Positions 50,232 to 62,500 of a stretch of 64,000 bases of DNA are shown one piece after another. This stretch comes from Plasmodiophora brassicae (taxonomy: Eukaryota): the NCBI GenBank assembly GCA_036867785.1, contig CP145411.1, positions 310,001-374,000 on the forward strand, given 5' to 3'. Numbering within the stretch: the stretch's first letter is position 1; the number at the start of each line of letters is the position of its first letter. The notes beneath the pieces were generated by a model that was not told where the DNA came from, did not search any database, and was given only the letters and a program-made list of their open reading frames with translations. The position numbers were made by a program, and so were the translations under genes.

Positions 50232-51365
50232 CAAATCTGGCTCCTCTCCAGTCACCAGTCATCACTCATCACTCATCAGTCATCACTCGTCAGTCACCGT
50301 GGGGTGTCGAAATACGGGCCCTTTTTCCAGGGTCGGACGCAGTCATCAATGGACAATAGATGACACTTCGCTGAGGCGCCCTCTGGCCTCTAGAGCGCAG
50401 CAACCAGACACTATGATTGTAGTGGTGGTCGCGGTTGCTCGGTTGGTTGGTTGGTTTGGTTTTATTTGTTTTTCGCGCTTTTTCTTTTCACGCAGGCGCC
50501 TCGGTCTCGAGTCCGAGGATCGAAGGATCAGCAGCAGAACGCCAACATCCCCCGGCCTGGCAGTGCCGGCCCGTCACCTTTGTACTGGGTTCATCGCGCC
50601 TTGGACGATATCGGAACGGGACGTGATTCGCTCGGACTTGTCGACTGCACTCTTGTCGGACCTCTTTCGCCATACCGCCTATGCCGGGGAGCCGACATAC
50701 ACTTGTTACGGGCCGTTCCTTTACCTCCCAGACGCTCAAGCGAGACCCCTAATTGCTCTGGCACTTTGGGCTGCCTGATCAGTAAACACCCCTTCAACAT
50801 TTACGGCTGTTGGTCACCGGGACTTTTTTGGGGGAGTTCGTGCCTCGAACTGGGGACCTTGCGGTCCCGCGACTGCTTGCTGACCTGTTGCTAGTACTCC
50901 TGACCAGCTAGGCCACTGGGGCAGCGCCCCCGCGGTTGCTCGATCCGACGGACCATACAATACAGGTCGGAGTCGTACGTGGTTTCAAGGGCAAGTGACA
51001 GTGGATACGTTCATAGGCGATAGTAGCTGCGCGTTGCCCAGCCCGATCATCGCGGTGCTCACCCACAGGCAAATTCAAAGGTGCTGTATGCCTCAGTGCC
51101 AACTGGACGTTTTGGTGGCATACACCTTGTCATTGACAATGGGGCGATGACCTGGACCCTTTTCCAGAAATGACAGCAGTCATCAAGACTTTCCGTTGAG
51201 AGCCTCCTCTGGTGAAGAGTTCAATGACTGTGTGCTCGCCGCCATAAGCTCAACGGATTCAGGCTGGTCTACGAAACCGGAAGGACACGGTCGACTTCAC
51301 AACAAAGTTGATCAACAATATTTCATCAAATTGTTTGGTTTCCGGCGATTGGCATTGCATGAACC

Positions 51366-52363
51366 TCATTTCTTGGCGACGCCGTTGGGGCGGTATGCGC
51401 CAACGACAACGGCGTGGTCACGCTCGTAAGGTTCCAGAGTCAGCTGCTCCTCCGGCTTGAAACTCATCTCTTGCAGTTTGGCCACTTCCGACGCGAAGAC
51501 GGCAGCGGGCTCCGACGTCGAGTCAATGCAGTTGGCCTTGATTGAGATCACGAAATTGCCACCGTTCTTCAGGAAGTACTGGGCGTTGAGGCCAACGATC
51601 CGAGCCTGGTCGGGCTGGGCGACATCGGAGAAGATCGTGTCGACCATGCCGATCAGCATGCGGTACTTGTGCGGGTGCCTGGCATCCTCGATGATCGGGA
51701 TGATGTTCGTGCGCTTCTTGGCGACGTTGATCAAATCACGACCGGACCGGTGCGAGAACTCAACAGCGTACACGAGACCCTCCGGGCCGACAATGTCGGA
51801 GCAGTGCGAGACGGATGTACCCGACGCGGCACCCAGGTACAGGAGCTTCGTGCCCGGCCGAATGTAGATGTTGTCAATGCCGCCGAGGATGGCAGCCGCC
51901 AACTTCGACCGGAACGGGTTCCAGACGCGGTACTCGACTTTGACGCCATCGACACCTTCAACGCTGATACGCTTCTCGCCGTAAACAGCCTCACCCGGGA
52001 CCATGTTCTTCGTGACCAACGCATCTTCCTTTGACCGGGCGATGAAGACACCCTCGTGACGGTGCGGAGTAACGACGACCTTGGCGCCTCCTCTCATGCC
52101 ACCTCTGGCGCCGCCACGACCGCCCCCGCGTGAAGAACCGCGTCCCCGAGCGCCACCACGGCCAACGCCACGCCCGCGTGCACCACCACGGCCGCCGCCG
52201 CGTCCACCGCGATCTTCGGAACGAGTAAGTACATCACTCGTACAAGGACACGGTTGCGCGGTGACTCCATACCACTGAAGCCACCGCCGCGGCCGCCGCG
52301 GAAACCACCACCGCCACGACCGCCTCGGAAGGCACCGCGCCCACGTCCGCCATCGAACCCCAT
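51366..52363 (-). CDS. NOP1: Fibrillarin (box C/D rRNA 2'-O-methyltransferase)
   Basis: RGG-rich N-terminus, [60 protein letters not shown]. Confidence 0.97.
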
Positions 52364-52709
52364 TCTCTGCACGTGAACGCTGCGTGCAGTTCACCCGTCT
52401 GAGCTGCGTCTGACGCAGCAGCCGCGGAGTCCGTGGCGGACCCACGGACTCCGCCAAGTTCTGCGCCGCACGAATTTGCCATGTGAGTGACTCGTGTCCG
52501 CCGCGGCGCCATTCACCGGCGTTCCCTTGTGATGAATGATGAGTGTGTGAGTGATGAACAATGTCGCAGCTGACGACCAAGACCGACCATGGTCTAATTA
52601 GCTTGGTCATCATCGGGGATTGTGAATACAGACATAGTGATTTTGGTTTAGAGATCGTACGTGCTTAGACGCCGGTGACGACCAGTGGCCACCTACCAGA
52701 TGGCTCTGA

Positions 52710-52731
52710 GGGGGGGGGGGGGGGGGGGGGG
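52710..52731 (+). repeat. Poly-G tract (22 G)
   Basis: Directly visible, intergenic. Confidence 0.95.
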
Positions 52732-53085
52732 ATGTCCCGAAACGAGCTCGATTATCGCGACAGGCAGCCGGCGCTATGAGCCACAGGCCACGCCGCTGGC
52801 GGCTGCTCAGGGCACGCCGCCCGGGCTCGCAACAGTGCGATCATAGTGGAATCCGGGAAGTCGTTCTGGAAGGCGCTCCCGTCCATCTACCAGATTTCGA
52901 CGAGGACGGCAGCCAGCGTTGACGGCGACTGTGAACGAGCTGCTGATGGATACGAACCTGGGCAAATCTGCCACCGGCTGGTATCACACTTGGCCAGTCC
53001 ACAACAGAGCCCGGATGCAGAACTGTGGCGCGTTGCCTCGGACTGTGCCAACATTTATTGACATAGATAGTATTCTTGCAGGTCT

Positions 53086-54604
53086 TTACTCCTGTTCCCC
53101 GGCGGGGATGACAGTTTTCTTAGTTCCTGGTACGGATCGTGGCTTAAACATGGCCACTCTGAAGGCACTGTCCATAGCACGGCCGATGTAGCACAGTGAG
53201 AAGCATGTCGTCCATCCAGTAGGCGTATACATGAAGGTTGGCGATGCAGCCATTAGCATTGTACCAATGCAAAAGAAGAACATTGACAGAGACATACCAA
53301 GGGCGCATCGGCTTAGTCGTCGAAGGATTGCGTCCATTCCTTTACCTTGCCCGACAGCCTTTGTCGCTTTTGAATGAACAGTGCGAACTGTCCAATAATA
53401 CTGCATAACGCCTAGGAGAACGTGCAGGCCCACGGTCAACTGGAGCAGGAAGTTAACCGCCGATGCGATGGTCGAAAACGTGGGGGCGTTATAATACATC
53501 GAAAGCAGGGTACTGATAGTGGTGTCCAAGGCAACTGGAATCGCGATGAGGAGAATGAACAAAGTTGGGTAGTCGCCTCGTACGATTCGTGTCAACACTG
53601 ATCGCGATTCGATCAGACGCGACAGATGGCGAACCCAAACCGATGCGGACAACAGCGACGACGCGAAACTCCAGCCGTCGAGAGCGGTGACGAAATATTC
53701 GACAACAGGGAACGGAAGGTTTGGCGTGCTGTAGAATCCACCGACAGCGATAACAATACCTGGTAGGGTTGCAGTGAACATCTCGTTGACCAGGACGGCA
53801 TGTGGTAGGCCCACCGACTTGAAGACGAACTTCACCCATCTTGGCAGCGATCGACGAGACTCTGGAGTAGTGCTTTTGTATTCCGCATTGATAATACTCA
53901 TATGGAACGAGAAGTACACAGTAGCCGTTAGGCCCGATACAATCATGAGTAGACTCGGTAGGAAACGAATGAATAGCTGATAGTACCATGATGCGAACGT
54001 TGTTTGCCACACGTTTAGGTCTGGTGATACAGTGGCATTCATTCCCGACGCGTTGGCAACGAGCTGTTTAAACAAGTTCGTGCTGGGACCAATACGCAGA
54101 AAGAGCATAGTTAGATGACGAGTACGGGCACCCCTGGAACCGTCACTCGCGTACATCCCGAGACCTGGGACCTGGTCCACAGCTGCCCCTGAGTGACAGT
54201 TCACGAGTAATGTTAGCTATTCATTGGAGTATACGTTCCATGAATGCACACTAACAAATGGCAGCCGCGGCACCGGTAGCATATATTGTGAGGTACCGAT
54301 TCTCGTAGGAGCATGGTGCGTTCCCATTGGTGATGAGGATGATGCTACCCGGAACGTGCATAGGTATTGGCTCACAGATGTCTCCTGTAAACAACACCAC
54401 AGGGCCTGTCCGGACAGTCGGAATTGGGTCCTCGGGCTGCGGACCCACAAAGGAAGTTAACGTGGTTGCGTACAAATCTAACCCAGCTAGGGGACTGCCG
54501 ACGGATGACGAAGAGAAGGTCATTGAACTGTCAGTACACGCAATGTTGATGATCAAGTAGATCGCCAGGCTTAGCGACGTCATCCACGGCGACGACTTAG
54601 TCAT
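53086..54604 (-). CDS. Signal peptide + PA-like ectodomain + seven-transmembrane (GPCR-like) protein
   Basis: An intron at 54189-54253 joins ...GAAAAI-W-AAVDQVPG. The ectodomain GDICEP...GSIILI..GNAPCSYENR...GAAA resembles a protease-associated domain, and seven hydrophobic segments follow. Confidence 0.7.
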
Positions 54605-55135
54605 CGTGGCTCACGTGTCTCCGTCACCTATTTGGGGTACGGTATGTATTAGATGTACCTAACACCTAACCGAATATTGGTACCAGCGTCGTTTTCGATC
54701 AGAGGTGACAGGCGCCAGTGCCTATGGGGTTTAGAATCCCCCTAACCCTTCTCGGAGCGTTAAAGGTGCAGTCGCCAACGCAGCAAAGACGAAGCGAAGT
54801 TGCTGTCGCTTTGGTGCGGCGGTCTGTGCCGAACCTCAGACCCGACCCTGGTATCCATGAAGGAGAGTCGAGGTGGCCAAGTGCGTCATCTGTGTCCAGA
54901 CTTGGTTGTTGACGCAGGTTGTCGAAAGTCGGAACCCGGTTCCGGCGGTGTACAGGTGCCGTCGCCGAGTCACCGCTAGCAATGAATGCCATACGAAATA
55001 CAGATATAGCGACCAGATCCAGTGCAGGGCGAGGACGTTGAATCGCAACGGTCCTCACCTGCATCAGCGCGATTGAGCAGCCGCTGCAGCAGCCAGCGGC
55101 TCCCGAAATATCGTCGCGAGCGTCGCTCCGCGTTG

Positions 55136-56407
55136 ATGTTGCAGGGCGGGCGCAGATGCGCCGTCAGGCTGGTCAGCCGGCGCAACGCCCCCGCCCTGCT
55201 CTCAACCACAAGCGCAGAGGGCCCCGCGTTCATCGGCACCGGAGAGGCGGGCGACGAGTACCTGAACAGGTGGATCAACCGCAAAGTCCCACTCGACTAT
55301 GACAGGCAAACGCCCCAGTACATGAACTATCACGAGTTCCTGGAGAGGCCGTCGACGTCATCTGCGGTCCACGCCCTGAAGCACGAAACTGATCCCGATC
55401 GGGGATGGAGCATCTTTGAGAAGGTGCTGTCGTCCGGTGGGCCCATCCGCATGAACGTGTTCAACGTCATGCTGCAATTCTGTAAACGAATCGTGCCGTC
55501 CAAGGCCCCCGACGTCCTGGACGCGGCCGTATCCCGCGATGTCACAGTCACCGACGTCCTGTTCACGTCGTTCCTCAGTGCATGCTCTGCTGCGAGCCCG
55601 CCCCTGGTCCAAGCGGCGCTCGAGCACTACGCCAAGGTGGGCCCAAAGACCCGGACGACGATCTACAACGTGGCCCACCTTTGCCTACAGGCGAGCCAGC
55701 CCGGGTTGGCTCTTGCGCTGTTCAATGACGCCACTGTGAACGACGTGGGCGTCACCTGGAGGCTGCTGTCGCTGTTCGCCACGTGCTGTGCCCTGGATCG
55801 GTCTGTGCTGGCGGCGACGACCGCCCAGCGTCTTCTGGGCCTCATCCGCACCGGCCGCGTTGAATCCCATCCCGATGTCGGCGTGTTCCGCAATCTGGTC
55901 GCCGCCATGCTGGCACAGAACCAGTTCGATGCCGCTCTCGACGCCATGTCGTACGTGGAATCCGTCCCTGTGCAGATCGACGAGACCATCTATGAGCTCG
56001 TTATCGCGGCGCTCGCGAAGGCCGATCGCCTGGCCCATGCGATGACGCTGCTGAAGGCGGCAGTGAAACGCAAGGTTCGCATTGACAAGTGCCTGATGTC
56101 GATCCTGTGCGCCTGCAAGGAGGACTCGGATCTGCCCGTCGTCGACTGCCTGTATCGGTACGCGAGCGGCAAGGGCATGCTGGAAGATGACGCTGTGTGC
56201 CGCGGGTTCGTGGCCGCGTTCGACAGGTGCAACGACCTGGACGCTGCCGAGCGAGCATTCCAGGAGCGCTGCTCGATATCGACGCCACGCGCCGAGACGT
56301 TCAACGCTATGGTCGCCGCGTATGCGCACCATGGCAGGCGAGACAAGGCGACCGAGACCCTGCAACGGGGCAGGGACCATGGATTACATGTCTGTATGCG
56401 CCTGTAA
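55136..56407 (+). CDS. Pentatricopeptide-repeat-like protein, probably mitochondrial
   Basis: ~35-aa helical repeats (VFNVMLQFC, LFTSFLSACS, VFRNLVAAML, IYELVIAALAK, TFNAMVAAYAHHG) and an Arg-rich N-terminus. Confidence 0.82.
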   Translation: MLQGGRRCAVRLVSRRNAPALLSTTSAEGPAFIGTGEAGDEYLNRWINRKVPLDYDRQTPQYMNYHEFLERPSTSSAVHALKHETDPDRGWSIFEKVLSSGGPIRMNVFNVMLQFCKRIVPSKAPDVLDAAVSRDVTVTDVLFTSFLSACSAASPPLVQAALEHYAKVGPKTRTTIYNVAHLCLQASQPGLALALFNDATVNDVGVTWRLLSLFATCCALDRSVLAATTAQRLLGLIRTGRVESHPDVGVFRNLVAAMLAQNQFDAALDAMSYVESVPVQIDETIYELVIAALAKADRLAHAMTLLKAAVKRKVRIDKCLMSILCACKEDSDLPVVDCLYRYASGKGMLEDDAVCRGFVAAFDRCNDLDAAERAFQERCSISTPRAETFNAMVAAYAHHGRRDKATETLQRGRDHGLHVCMRL

Positions 56408-56519
56408 ACGTATTATCGGCCCACACCGTCGTTTGCTCTCGTCGGTCTAATGGGGTGCCAGTCATTCGTGGCTGTTAGCGCTGGCCGAACGCAAAGCCGA
56501 CTCTCCATCAGGCCTTGCT

Positions 56520-59500
56520 TTATTGCATTGACTGATCCAGGGATCGGAGCTCGTCCAAGATCTCGTCCTGTACGATGACAAATAGATCACATTAGCCAGG
56601 CACCGACGGTGCGGCGCGAATCGTTTGTCACTACTCACCTTCCGCCTGCGAAGACGTTCGGCAGTGTCGACGTCGTTGGCTTGGACGGCCTGTTGCAGGC
56701 GCTGTACGATGCCAACGAGCTCCTCGTTGAGGTCGTCGACAAGGTCGTCGCGGTTCTGGATTCGGTCGTCCCCATCCGCCTGCGCCTGGATCGTACTGGC
56801 TGCGTCGAACGCGTCGACGGCGCTCAGGTACTGAGCGAACGACGACGTTGCTGCTGACAGCTGGTACCGATCCAGACGCGCCGCCGCATCATAGTCTTTC
56901 TGCACCGCCGTCACGCTCGACAGGACGGCCTGCTCCGCCATGATCGACGTCGCCGCCGCTAGCGTCGACGTGAACGCCACCTTCCGCCGGTCCCATTCCC
57001 CGCTGATCACGTGACTGGCGGCATGCAGGACGACGACGACGAACACACCACCTCGGTCGCCGCCGGCCAGGTCCTCGCTGACGGCAATGCAACGTCCCGC
57101 TGCATCGTAGGCGAAGGAGTGCCCCATGGCACAATGCGGATACACGGTCGCCGCCAGCGCTGCGACGCCGCTCGACAGTGCCACCTTGATCGGCGCCGTT
57201 CCTGGAGCCAGACGCGTCACCAGCCGGCGGACCAGGGCGTTGCCCCAGGCCAGAACAGCACTCGTCGACGCGGAGCCATGGCCAGCAGGGCCCTTCCCGA
57301 CCGGCGCTAGATCCTGCACGAGCGTGTCGGCCCACCAGCACTCCCCAGCGTCTCCTTCAGCGACGCCGCCGGGCCGTTGCTCCTTCACGAAACGATCGTG
57401 CAGGTCCAGAATCCGTCGAATCAGCATCTCGTCGGCGTTCGTGGACGTAACGGGCACGGCAACGTCCTCGCCTGGAGCTTCGTCTTGCTTGGCGCCGACG
57501 TCCGCCTTTACTGGCGACGCGCCGTCCGCCATCACGTCGTCGTCGGTCGCAACGGTGCACGACTCCAGGAGCATCCGTCGTCGGCTTTGCAGAAGAGCAG
57601 CGCAATGACGACGCCGCTCCAGGGCCAGCGCCGCCTCGAACAGCGCCAGGTCGGCATCATGGCCGCCTGCGTCGCCATCGCGCTCCTCCAGTTCCGCCCG
57701 TTTCAGTTCGACCTTCGACACGTCGCGCTTCTCGGCCATGGCCATGAACATGGCCTCCAGCTGGGCCAGCGGCAGCAGGTCCACCCCGTTCGTCATCAGG
57801 ACCGCTTGCACGACGTCATCGTCCTGCATCGCTGCCAGGCAGGTCGAGTGCACACGTTGCGCGCCGTCCAGGTGTCGTCGTGCCAGGGCGCGCAGGACGA
57901 TAGCGTCCGTATCGGCGACGGCGTGCCCGATCATGAAGTGGCCACGGTCGAGGACCTGGCACCCGAACGCGTGCAGCGATTCGCGATCGTGCCGATGCGC
58001 CATCAGCTGGGCGACGCCCTGCCGCGTCGTGGCCGGCGTCGGCACCAGCCCCAACTCGGCCTGCAACTCCACAGCCCGGACCCCATTGTCGACAGCGTCT
58101 TCGTACAGGTCCATCGTCAGCCTAGCAGCGTCCAGGAAGCGTTGGCGCAACGGGCTCCAGCGGCCCTCCTTCGGGAGGCACTCCCTGAGAACGGCCTCGT
58201 CGAAGGCGATCATGACCGCCTTCAGCGGCACGTCGCTGTTGTCGTCGGCCAGGGCCGCGTCCCGTCTCGATTTCGCACTGGCGAACGCGTCCACTCGTCG
58301 TGCCAGTTCCTGGCGACGTTGCTGATGGCGAGCACAGACCTCCTGCGCTGCCAGACGCAGGCGCGCCGACGCGTCGTCGATCGCCCTTGCCGTGATGTCG
58401 TGTACCCGCGTGGCCATGTTCGCATCCTTGACGTGCGCCAGCGCCTGGTCTTGGGCGGCAAGGCACCTGTGTAGCAGGGCGACCATGTCGTCCGACAGCT
58501 TGACGACGTCCGCGTCCGTCTGGTCGTCGGTAGCGCTTGCCGACAGGAACCTGTGCACGAACTCGTCGAAAACGTCAATGGCGGCCCGCTCACGATGACG
58601 TCCTTCCGCATCCGTCAGCGCCATGCTGTCCGACAGCGCCACGTTCCGTTCTTGCTGCATCTGTGGCAACGACGGTCATCGTTTCCTGCACAGACGGCAT
58701 CACTAGACGTGGTCGTACCCGCCCCCACTGTTCCTGGAACAACGTGTTCTGCGCCTGGCGCTGTCGTTGCTGCTCAGACAAGGTGGAGCGCATGGCGCCC
58801 TGGACGAGGCTGTACTCGTGGCGGCACTGTCTCCTGGCCAGAAACACGGCGTGCATTGCCTCCGACCAGGGTGGCACCCGGGCACTGAGATCGCGTCCGA
58901 GCCAGGCCAGGTGCACGACCCGCACCTGGCATTCGTCGTGGACTGCTTGGCGGACGTGAGCGGGCGCGTTCGCGAAACACGACTCCAGCCATTTGACGAT
59001 GACGGCGATCGATGGGTGCTGCGACAGGACGCTGCCAGGTGAAACGGTTGGAACGGATGCCTGTGGCGGTGGTGGTGGTGCCGCCGCCGCCGGTTTCGAT
59101 GCGATTGTCGCCAGCAGCTGGTCGACCTGGGGTCTCGACATGCCGCTGCCTTCGGCGACGTCCTGCTTCTTCTCGTCCTCCTTCTGGCGTTTCGCCTCGT
59201 CTTGGACCTGCCGTTCGGCGAGCAACGCCTGGACGCGTTCCTCGATGCCGACCTCAATCATGACCTGGTATGCCCTGTCCCTGGAGACGCGACCTTCGGC
59301 GACCTTGGGCAGCAACGTCCCCATCGACGAAGACGACGCCGCCAGCAACGCCGACATGTCTTTGACGAGGCCGAGCAAGTCCCTTTCGTACTTGGACGTC
59401 GCTGATGCCAATCCTAAGGCCAATGCGGTCAGTACAGAAACGTCGTCGAGTGGTGACAGACCACCGCACCTTTCTGGTTGTGGACCTCTTCCAGAACGGC

Positions 59501-62500
59501 CTTCCGCCTGCTGAACTGGTCCTGGAGGTCGCGAACGGCACTGACGAGTCCCACGACGCGTCGGTGCAGGTCGGCGATGGCGCTGGCAAGGGCTAGGTGG
59601 ACCTGGCGGGCGTCCACGTCCAACCCGTTTAGGCGATCCAGGATGTCGTATCCGATGAGGGGGAGGTGCGCCGTCAGGCCCTCACGACGCCCCGTCTCGG
59701 CTTCGAAATCGGCCGTCCAGGACAACAGCGCATCGCACAGCGCTCGAAGCAATGGCCGCAGCGTCGTGAACGTAACCTGTTCAGCGTTCACCCACGACGA
59801 TCGCGAATCTGGCTGCATCGGTTACCTCCTTCAGGCACGCTATCTCGTTCTGGACGTCGGCAATCGTTCGCTGGATGTCGTCTTCGCGCAGCCCCTGTTG
59901 CTTCTCGTAGAGGCGTCGGGCCGACAGCTCGCCTTTGACGAGCTTCCCGACGACCAACGAGAAGTCGTCGGCGCTGACGCATTTCTCCTGCACGATCGCT
60001 GTCAGCGAACGGCCTCCACCACCACCACTGCCAGCTCAGGGGACAAGCAACGACCTCGTCATGCAGTTTGATGGCCAGCAGCGATTTGAGCTGGTCGGTA
60101 TCGCGAAGCACGCGATCGGCGAACGCGTGCATGTCGACCGTCTGCGTCAGCATCGCCTTGTCGACGTGCTCGCCGTGTGTCTGGAGCTCGCGCTGGATGG
60201 CCTGGAAGTCGAACTGCTCGACCGTGTCGATCGGGTCGACCTCGGCCAGGACATGGTCATCGGGACCGACGGGGCCCGCCTCCGCCAGCGCCCCCGCCGC
60301 CGTGTCCTTCGTCACGATCGACCCTTTGCTGCCAATGTTGAACACGTCGACGTCGTTCCCGGCGGCCGTCGCCTTGTACGTGGCCGCTCGTTCCCGCAGG
60401 CCTCCCCATTTGCTGCCTGATACGTGGGACGCACCGGCAAGCACGCTGACGAACAGGACAATGCCAACGCCGACGAGCACGCCAATCAGCGTCCAGTCGG
60501 GCGTCAGCAGCACGTTCGGGTTGCGCTGGATGCCGAGCGCCACCTGGGGAACGCTCAGCGCGCTTGACGGCGACCCGTGCGGGAGCAGTACCAGGTTGCT
60601 GGTCGTGAGCGGGGCGATCCGGCCGCCCAGCGGGCACAGCGTGTTCTCGGGCACCACGCGGACGATCATGACCTGGTCCGGGCGCGTACTCGACGCGAAC
60701 ACGTACACGCCAGCGACGTCGAATGTGAACGCGAACGCGCCCTGCGAAGCAGAAAGCGCCTTCCACAGCCCCGAATCAGACGCCCGATGGCAACCGGTCA
60801 ACGTCGTGTGCCGTACCGAATTGGCCAACGCCCGGAACGCGCCGTAATCGAAGTCAGGGTTCGTGTTGAGAAGGTTGTCCTGCACGGTTGGGGTTGGTTA
60901 TGGCCAGTCAGACAACGGGGCGGCAAGCCACCTTTTGGTACACTGGATAGCTGGTCCCGTTGATCTGGAACATGATCCCGTCGTGCAGGTTGAGGCAGAC
61001 GGCGGCCGGGTTGATCAGGATCTGCTGGTTCGTCGAGCCGCCGGACGACTGGAGCAGGCGACGACGCACCACCGTCGTGCTCGTCGCCGAGGACGACATC
61101 GTGATCGCGCCGCTCAACCCGTTCCCCACGTTGACCGGCGCCATATGACAGCACTGCCCCGCTGGGCATTTGATCGACGTCGACAGCGCCACCGTCGACG
61201 TGGACCCATCCGCGTTATGAATCGTGACCTGGTTGCCTCGTCCACAGAGCGTCGCTTGCTGGGCCTGCAGAGCCCGGTCGGTCGCACCACCAGGGTGACC
61301 GTCGATGCTGCCCCTACCTGGCATGTGGCGTTGCATATCGTCGAGAGTTCCTTGGCATTGCAACTGCAGATGCCAATGGCGGAGACGTACGTCCCACCAG
61401 CAGGTCCACACGTGGCCGTACAGTCCAATGTTCTCGTCGACGCGCAGGACCCGGAGCTCGACAGGCTGCTGCCCTGCTGGCACCGGTCGTATACCACCGG
61501 GTAGCAATTCTTCGGGCTGTCCTGCTCGCCGATGTCGTCGAAGCCATCCGTAGACGAGTACCCAGAGCTAGACGGGTGAGCGCATTCAGACCGTTGCCAG
61601 GCGCGTACGCGTCGAACGCACCTGCAAATGCAGGAACTGTCTGACGCCTGAAACGTTCGGTATGCACCGATGCAGGTGCACGCGGTCGCTCCGGTGGTAC
61701 TTGTCGCGCTCGCTGGACATGGGAGGCACCCGCTGCTGCCAGTCGTCGCAGCGAACGATCCCGGGGCACAGGGCCAGCAGTCGTCGATGGAAGCGCCGCC
61801 GGGATCGGATCGGAACGTTCCGGTGGGGCATGGGATCTCACTTGTCGTTCCAGCTGGGCAGTAGTGCCCTGGTGCACACGGGCGCCCCCCAGCCGATGAC
61901 ACGGACGCTGGCGTGGACGACGCCGCTCCCGATATGCACAGGTACCCAGCCGTACATGTCGAGCAGGACATACTCGTCGGTTGATCCTGATACCGACCTG
62001 CCGGGCAAGGCGGGCACGACGTCGTCACATTCGTGCGGTTGTACACGTCGGCGGTGAACGTTCCCAACGGGCACGGCATTGGCAACGTCGTCTTGACAGG
62101 ACAGTACCCGGTCGAACATCGAACCGGCAATGTCGCGTTCGCCGGGCAGTAACTCCCAGCGGGACAGTCGATCGGCTGTGGCGAATTCGGTAGGCAGAAC
62201 GTGCCACCACTGCATGGGATTGGCCATGCGGAACTCGCTGGACAGTACGACCCGCCAGGGCAGGCGATCTGCGACGGCGACCCTGGCGTGCGAGAGTCAG
62301 AGAAACGAACCGTGACAGGGCGTGGGGCCGGCGACCTGGCGGGCAGTACGTCCCCGGCTGACATGACGTGCAATCGCGCGTCATGTCGCATCCGGACGGC
62401 AACGAACGATAGGTGCCCCCAGGGCAAGGAACAGGCGCTGGCGTACCCGCTATGAGCGCACGGGAGATCAGCGAACCGGGTCGCACGCGAGGACGACCCT

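Noticed and set aside
51186-51270. Resemblance to RNase P/MRP conserved regions (GAGTTCAATGACTG and ATTCAGGCT on +; GGAAAGTC after a hairpin on -)
   Set aside because: I could not find a complementary CR-I/CR-V pair forming P4 on the same strand. The region is kept only as part of the generic structured-RNA finding.
54740-54749. CCCTAACCCT, resembling a telomerase template or telomeric seed
   Set aside because: A single 10-mer with no supporting structure, plausibly chance.
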